Source: Clostridia bacterium
GTDB taxonomy: Bacteria; Bacillota; Clostridia; Christensenellales; Aristaeellaceae
NCBI GenBank assembly: GCA_017547805.1
Contig: JAFYOR010000064.1
Location: forward strand, 24,578 to 88,577
Length of the DNA stretch: 64,000 bases
Reading direction: 5' to 3'
This document shows, piece after piece, positions 59,388 through 64,000 of this stretch (position 1 is its first letter; every line of letters starts with the position of its first letter). The position numbers were made by a program, and so were the translations under genes. The notes under the pieces were generated by a model. That model ran no database searches. It had not been told where the DNA came from and was given only the letters and a program-made list of their open reading frames with translations.

Positions 59388-60620
59388 GTGGGCGCATTTG
59401 CCGATTCTCTGTTTGCTGTGCTGATGAGCTGGGTGCGGGCGCTGGTCAATTCCCTCTGGGCGCTGATCACCTCGGAAGAAACGACGGTGCTTGAGTTTCT
59501 GGGGAAAAACTGGCTGCTGATCGTCATCGTGCTCATTGCAGGCGGACTGCTGATTGACTGGATTATCTGGATGATCCGCTGGAAACCGTATGCCCTGCGC
59601 GCAAGGATGCGCGAGGCGGAAGCGCGGGATGAGGAAGAGGACATCGAACGCCGCGCGCGGGAGATGTTTGCGCTGGATGACGAGGCGGACGACGACTTCT
59701 TTGGCGGGGATGACGGCTCGGCGGACGAGTTCTTTGATGAAGAAGAGGAGGCGGACTGGCTGCCGGAGCGTCCTGTGATGGATGAAGAAGACGAGCAGCA
59801 GGCCATCGAGCGCGCGGAGGCGATGCCGGACGATGCGCTGGCAAGCTATCCGGGCAGGCGCTACAGCGAACAGACGCATGCCGTGCCGGCGCAGGATGTG
59901 GCGGGTGAAACGCAGCGCTATGCCGCAGTGCACCACGAAGGCCCCGGCGCTGCGGAGGTCAGCCGCCGCAGGGCGGAGATTGACGCATGGCAGCAGCAGA
60001 TGCAGGATGAAGCCCGTGCCGAGCGCATGAGACGCCTTGAAGAGATGCGCAGCGCCGAGGCGGCAAAGCAGGCCGAAGAGGAACGCCTTGCGCAGGAAGC
60101 AAGACGGGCGCAGGAAGAGAAGGCGCAGGAAGAATCCCGCCGCGCGCAGGAGGAATACCGGCGCCAGCTGGAGGAATACGAGCGTCAGAAGGCGCAGTAC
60201 GAACAGGAAATGGCGCAGTATGAGCGCGACCTTGCCGCCTATGAAGCGGCGATGGCGCAGCGGCAGGCGGACGCCGAGACGGCGCAGGAAATTGCGCCTG
60301 AAACGGGGGAAAAGCGCAGCCGCGCACGCCACCGGACGTCGACCTACAGCGACATGGTGCAGGGCGATGCGGTGGAAGCGCTGCCGGGTACGCCCGCATG
60401 GCCGAAAATGGAGGAAACGGTTTCCACCGTCAAGCGGAGCGCCGCGCCCAAGGAGCGGACGGCGAAGTCCGGCGGGCTCATGGGCAGGATGGCGCATCTG
60501 ATTGAGCCGGAGCAGGAAGAGATATCCGGCGTGGGCGCGCTGCCGCCCCGGGTGGATCCGCAGGAGGCCTACAAGCCGGCGGCACAGCCCGAAGGCACGC
60601 AGAGAAGGCGCAGAAAATGA
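59388..60620 (+). CDS. membrane-anchored protein with long E/R/A/Q-rich charged (coiled-coil-like) region
   Basis: GTG start after AAGGGGGAG. Two N-terminal TM helices, then low-complexity EEERLAQEARRAQEEKAQEESRRAQEEYRRQLEEYERQKAQYEQE. Confidence 0.65.
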   Translation: MGAFADSLFAVLMSWVRALVNSLWALITSEETTVLEFLGKNWLLIVIVLIAGGLLIDWIIWMIRWKPYALRARMREAEARDEEEDIERRAREMFALDDEADDDFFGGDDGSADEFFDEEEEADWLPERPVMDEEDEQQAIERAEAMPDDALASYPGRRYSEQTHAVPAQDVAGETQRYAAVHHEGPGAAEVSRRRAEIDAWQQQMQDEARAERMRRLEEMRSAEAAKQAEEERLAQEARRAQEEKAQEESRRAQEEYRRQLEEYERQKAQYEQEMAQYERDLAAYEAAMAQRQADAETAQEIAPETGEKRSRARHRTSTYSDMVQGDAVEALPGTPAWPKMEETVSTVKRSAAPKERTAKSGGLMGRMAHLIEPEQEEISGVGALPPRVDPQEAYKPAAQPEGTQRRRRK

Positions 60621-61885
60621 GTGAAAACCTGATCGTGATCTGCCAGAGGGCGGCGTCGCTTCTCTCCCTTGCGCTGATGGGCGCGGCGGGCGTTCAGCTG
60701 CTTTTTCGTCTGGTTCGTGTGCTCCGGGGCGAGGAACGGGCGGAAGGCAGCCTGAAGCGGACGCGCGGCGCGCGGCATAAGGAGATGCTGCTGGCGGCCG
60801 GCGCGGCGCTGGCCTCGCGCGTACTCGTGGCGGCGGCTGCCTATGCGATGATGCGCATGGCGGGCATTGAAGAAGGCCCGATTGAATCGCTTGAGCGCCT
60901 GTGGCTGCATTGGGATACGCGCCACTATATCGGCATTGCACAGGAAGGATACACCGCCGTGGGCGACGAACGCCTGCGGCTGGTGTTTTTTCCGCTGTTT
61001 CCGCTGCTGATGCGCGCGTTCTCCATCTTCACGGGCGGCAGCGTGTTTTATGGCGGACTGCTGGTATCGCTGCTGTGTTCGTGTGTCTGCGCCGCGCTTT
61101 TGTGCGATCTGGGTATGCGGCACGGGGGAAAGAAGACGGCGGCGCTGAGCGTCGGCTATTTTCTTTTGAGTCCGATGAGCGTGTTTCTCAATTGCGCGTA
61201 TACGGAGGCGCTGTTCATTGCGCTGACGCTGGGTGCTGTGTGCCTGCTGCGGCGCGGGCATCCGTGGCTGGCGGCGCTGTGCGGCGCGGCGAGCGCGCTG
61301 ACGCGCATGCCGGGCGTGATCTGCGCCGGCTTTTTCATCATCGCATGGATAGGAAAATACGCCGGGAAGCGCGCGGGCGCGAAGGATCTGCTGGCTTGTG
61401 CGCTTCAGGTGCTCATCGTCTTTTCCGGCTTGCTGATCTATTGGGGGATCAACTGGGCGGTCACCGGCAATGCGCTGATGTACCTGACCTATCAGAAAGA
61501 GAACTGGTTTCAGTCTGCCGGGTCGTTCTGGGAGACGGCGGCGACGACCGTATACTACACGATCAGAACCGTCGGCGAGGAGGACTGGTTTTTCTGCTGG
61601 GTGACGCAGCTGGCGGCGATGTTTGCCATCTATGCGCTGCTTGCCCTGCGCCAAAAACGCCTTCCGTTTGATCTGGCGGCGTACAGCTTTGTCTATATCG
61701 CGGTGATTTTCGCGCCGTCGTGGCTGCTTTCCGGTCCGCGCTATCTGTACGGACTGTGCGCGCTGCCGCTGCTCAAGGCGAAGATGATCAGGAGCGGCGC
61801 GGTGCACGGCGTGCTGCTGACGCTTTCTGCTGCGCTGCTTGTGATCTATACATTCGGCTACACGCTGGCGGTTGCCGTGCTGTAA
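60617..61885 (+). CDS. polytopic membrane glycosyltransferase-like protein (PIG-V/mannosyltransferase-like)
   Basis: WDTRHYIGIAQEGY motif followed by about 9 or more TM helices. ATGA overlap with the upstream gene. Confidence 0.6.
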   Translation: MSENLIVICQRAASLLSLALMGAAGVQLLFRLVRVLRGEERAEGSLKRTRGARHKEMLLAAGAALASRVLVAAAAYAMMRMAGIEEGPIESLERLWLHWDTRHYIGIAQEGYTAVGDERLRLVFFPLFPLLMRAFSIFTGGSVFYGGLLVSLLCSCVCAALLCDLGMRHGGKKTAALSVGYFLLSPMSVFLNCAYTEALFIALTLGAVCLLRRGHPWLAALCGAASALTRMPGVICAGFFIIAWIGKYAGKRAGAKDLLACALQVLIVFSGLLIYWGINWAVTGNALMYLTYQKENWFQSAGSFWETAATTVYYTIRTVGEEDWFFCWVTQLAAMFAIYALLALRQKRLPFDLAAYSFVYIAVIFAPSWLLSGPRYLYGLCALPLLKAKMIRSGAVHGVLLTLSAALLVIYTFGYTLAVAVL

Positions 61886-61910
61886 TACATAATATGAAGG
61901 GATGCCCGTC

Positions 61911-62852
61911 ATGATTCACGTTCTGTGCCTCAATCCCGCAATCGACAAGTTTTATGAAATCGACGGTTTTGCTGCCGGGGAGGATTATCCCGGGCAGCGT
62001 CCGCGCTGCATCAACGGCGGCAAGGGCGTGAATGTCGCGCGCGTGCTTGCGCAGCTTGGCGAGCAGCCGACGCTGTATGCATTTGTGGGCGACGGCGCGA
62101 AGGCGCTTGAGCAGGAGATGCGTTCGCTGTGCCGGTGCGTGTTTTTCCCGGTCGTGGGAAGCTGCCGCACGACGATCAACATCCTTGACCGGGCAAACGA
62201 TCGGGAGACGGTCATCACCGAAGCCGGACCGGCGATTACAGCGGCCAATGTCAGTCAGCTGCTCATTGCGCTGGAGGAAATGATTGCGCCGGGAGACATC
62301 GTCGTTTGCTCCGGATCGCTCATTGCCGGCGCGCCGGCGGACCTGTATGCGCAGATTAGCCGGCTGTGCGCGCAGTCCGGCGCGGTGTGCGTGCTTGACT
62401 GCAACGCCAAGACGCTGTCCGCCTCGCTTGACGGGGCGTGCTATGCGCTGGGCAAGCCGAACGAGCGGGAGCTGTGCGCGCTGATGAACGCTGCGCGCAC
62501 GCAGGAGCCGGAGGAGATTGCGCAGCTGGCGCGCAGGCTGATGCCGCCGTACAACGCGCTGTTGGTTTCCATGGGCGGCGCTGGCGGCGTGTATGTGACG
62601 CGGGAGGGCGCCGCGTATTCGCCGGGGGCGAAGGTGAACGTCGTATCCACCGTCGGCAGCGGCGATGCGTGCCTTGCCGGCGCGGTATATGCCATGGCGC
62701 GCGGATATAATATGGAAGAAACGCTCAGACTTGCCATGGCCTGCGGCGCGGCGAACGCGCAGCGGGAGGAAACGGGCGTAGGGAAGGGTGCGGACGTGTT
62801 TGCGCTGAAAGAGAGGATCGCGGCAAAGGCGCTGCGAGGAGGAGCGAAATGA
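61911..62852 (+). CDS. PfkB-family sugar-phosphate kinase (1-phosphofructokinase/tagatose-6-P kinase-like)
   Basis: MIHVLCLNPAIDK, GGKGVNVARVL and C-terminal VSTVGSGDACLAG motifs. Confidence 0.82.
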   Translation: MIHVLCLNPAIDKFYEIDGFAAGEDYPGQRPRCINGGKGVNVARVLAQLGEQPTLYAFVGDGAKALEQEMRSLCRCVFFPVVGSCRTTINILDRANDRETVITEAGPAITAANVSQLLIALEEMIAPGDIVVCSGSLIAGAPADLYAQISRLCAQSGAVCVLDCNAKTLSASLDGACYALGKPNERELCALMNAARTQEPEEIAQLARRLMPPYNALLVSMGGAGGVYVTREGAAYSPGAKVNVVSTVGSGDACLAGAVYAMARGYNMEETLRLAMACGAANAQREETGVGKGADVFALKERIAAKALRGGAK

Positions 62853-63862
62853 TTTACGTTACCTATGACGAAGCCGTGGCGGCGATGGCGCGCGGGCTTG
62901 CGCGCTGCATGGATGAGGAGCGGGCAAAGCGGTTTGCAGAGGTTTTTGCCGGCAATTCGATGGACGGCGTGTACAGCCACGGCATGAACCGATATCCGCG
63001 CTACATCCGCACGATTGAAAGCGGAATGTGCGATGCGTCCGTACTGGAGATTGAGAAGGTTTCCGGGGTTGGCGCGCTGGAGGTCTGGGACGCGAAAAAT
63101 GGCATCGGTCCGCTGATGGCGGATCAGGCAGCGGAACGCGCAATTGAGCTGGCGAAGGCGCACGGCATTGGCTGCGCGGCGCTCAGAAACAACAGCCACT
63201 GGCTGCGCGCCGGACGCTTTGCGCTGAAGATGGCGCAGGCGGGTCTGTGCGGTATCTGCTTTACGAATACCTGTCAGAATCTGGCGCCGTGGGGCAGCAT
63301 GACCAAGGCCATCGGCAACAATCCCATCGCCATGGCGATCCCGGCTGCCAAAGGACCGCTGCTCATGGATATGGCGGTCAGCCAGTACGCCTATGGCAAG
63401 ATGGAAGTGATGGCCAAGCAGGGAAAGGTGCTGGACGTCCCCTGCGGATACGACAAGAACGGGAAGGAAACCTGCGATCCGCGTGAAATCGTCGACGGCG
63501 GCGTGATGACGCCGATGGCGATGTGGAAAGGAAATGCGCTGTCCATCATGCTTGATCTGATGGCGGCGATGTTCAGCGGCGGCAAAACCTGCCTTGATCT
63601 TGGCGCGGATGCGGCAAAGGAGCAGGGGATGAGCCAGATCTTTATCGCGGTGCATCCCGCTGCGGTCCATGATATGGAAGAGATTGAAGCGCGCATGCAG
63701 AAAACGCTTGATTTCCTGCATGGCCTTGAGGTGATGGACGGGATGCCCGGCGTGCGCGCGCCCGGAGAGAATCTTGAAAAGACCAGAGCGCGGCATGCGC
63801 AGGAAGGCATCCCCGTGGCGCGGGACACATGGGAACAGATCTGCAGGGCGGCAGACGCATAA
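62849..63862 (+). CDS. Ldh_2-family (malate/L-lactate/2,3-diketo-L-gulonate-type) dehydrogenase
   Basis: GVYSHGMNRYPRYI, NNSHWLRAG and GNNPIAMAIP motifs. ATGA overlap with the kinase gene. Confidence 0.8.
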   Translation: MIYVTYDEAVAAMARGLARCMDEERAKRFAEVFAGNSMDGVYSHGMNRYPRYIRTIESGMCDASVLEIEKVSGVGALEVWDAKNGIGPLMADQAAERAIELAKAHGIGCAALRNNSHWLRAGRFALKMAQAGLCGICFTNTCQNLAPWGSMTKAIGNNPIAMAIPAAKGPLLMDMAVSQYAYGKMEVMAKQGKVLDVPCGYDKNGKETCDPREIVDGGVMTPMAMWKGNALSIMLDLMAAMFSGGKTCLDLGADAAKEQGMSQIFIAVHPAAVHDMEEIEARMQKTLDFLHGLEVMDGMPGVRAPGENLEKTRARHAQEGIPVARDTWEQICRAADA

Positions 63863-64000
63863 GCAGGACAAAGATGAAATAAACTCATTGATGAGACGCT
63901 TGCGCTTAATTCTACTACACTATCCGCGCAAAAATGCATTATTGTATGCATAACGATTCATAAAAAACCAGAATGACAGCCATAAGCCCCTGCTTTTGAC

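Noticed and set aside
60569-63871. 447-aa and 476-aa minus-strand ORFs (60569-61912 and 62441-63871)
   Set aside because: They are antisense to the glycosyltransferase-like, kinase and Ldh_2 genes. They have Arg/Gln/His-rich shadow composition.

Overview
GC-rich, densely coding chromosomal segment that looks like a Clostridia genome (Oscillospiraceae/Ruminococcaceae-like by protein families; taxonomy is a guess). It uses AGGAGG-type ribosome-binding sites, TTGACA/TATAAT promoters and hairpin+T-run terminators. I support 53 protein genes. They include a hexuronate catabolism cluster (uxaB-uxaA-uxaC-cupin-eda), two phosphofructokinase paralogs, a GH35 beta-galactosidase, and rlmD. The rpmH-rnpA-yidD-yidC-jag cluster is present; rpmH is below the ORF-track size cutoff and was found by eye. 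Also present are addA, RNase J, mgtE, a TetR/HlyD/FtsX/ABC efflux operon, telA followed by an Abi_2-family gene, gluQ, and cdaA-cdaR. I saw no tRNA, rRNA, CRISPR array, transposase, integrase or phage structural gene, and no multi-gene protein cassette resembling a known defence system. The most unusual content is non-coding. (1) A roughly 195-nt five-hairpin element occurs twice, 30 kb apart and in opposite orientation. Its stems differ by compensatory base-pair changes, and each copy is followed by an unrelated terminator, so it is a candidate structured RNA or structured mobile element. (2) A second repeat family has five copies, each lying just after a stop codon in the sense orientation, again with covarying hairpins. 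(3) A 190-nt long-stem palindrome exactly fills a convergent intergenic gap. (4) A roughly 550-nt gene-free stretch is packed with GC palindromes. All homology calls come from reading the translated ORFs against remembered family motifs. No database search or folding program was run, so start codons and all RNA proposals need computational and experimental checks.
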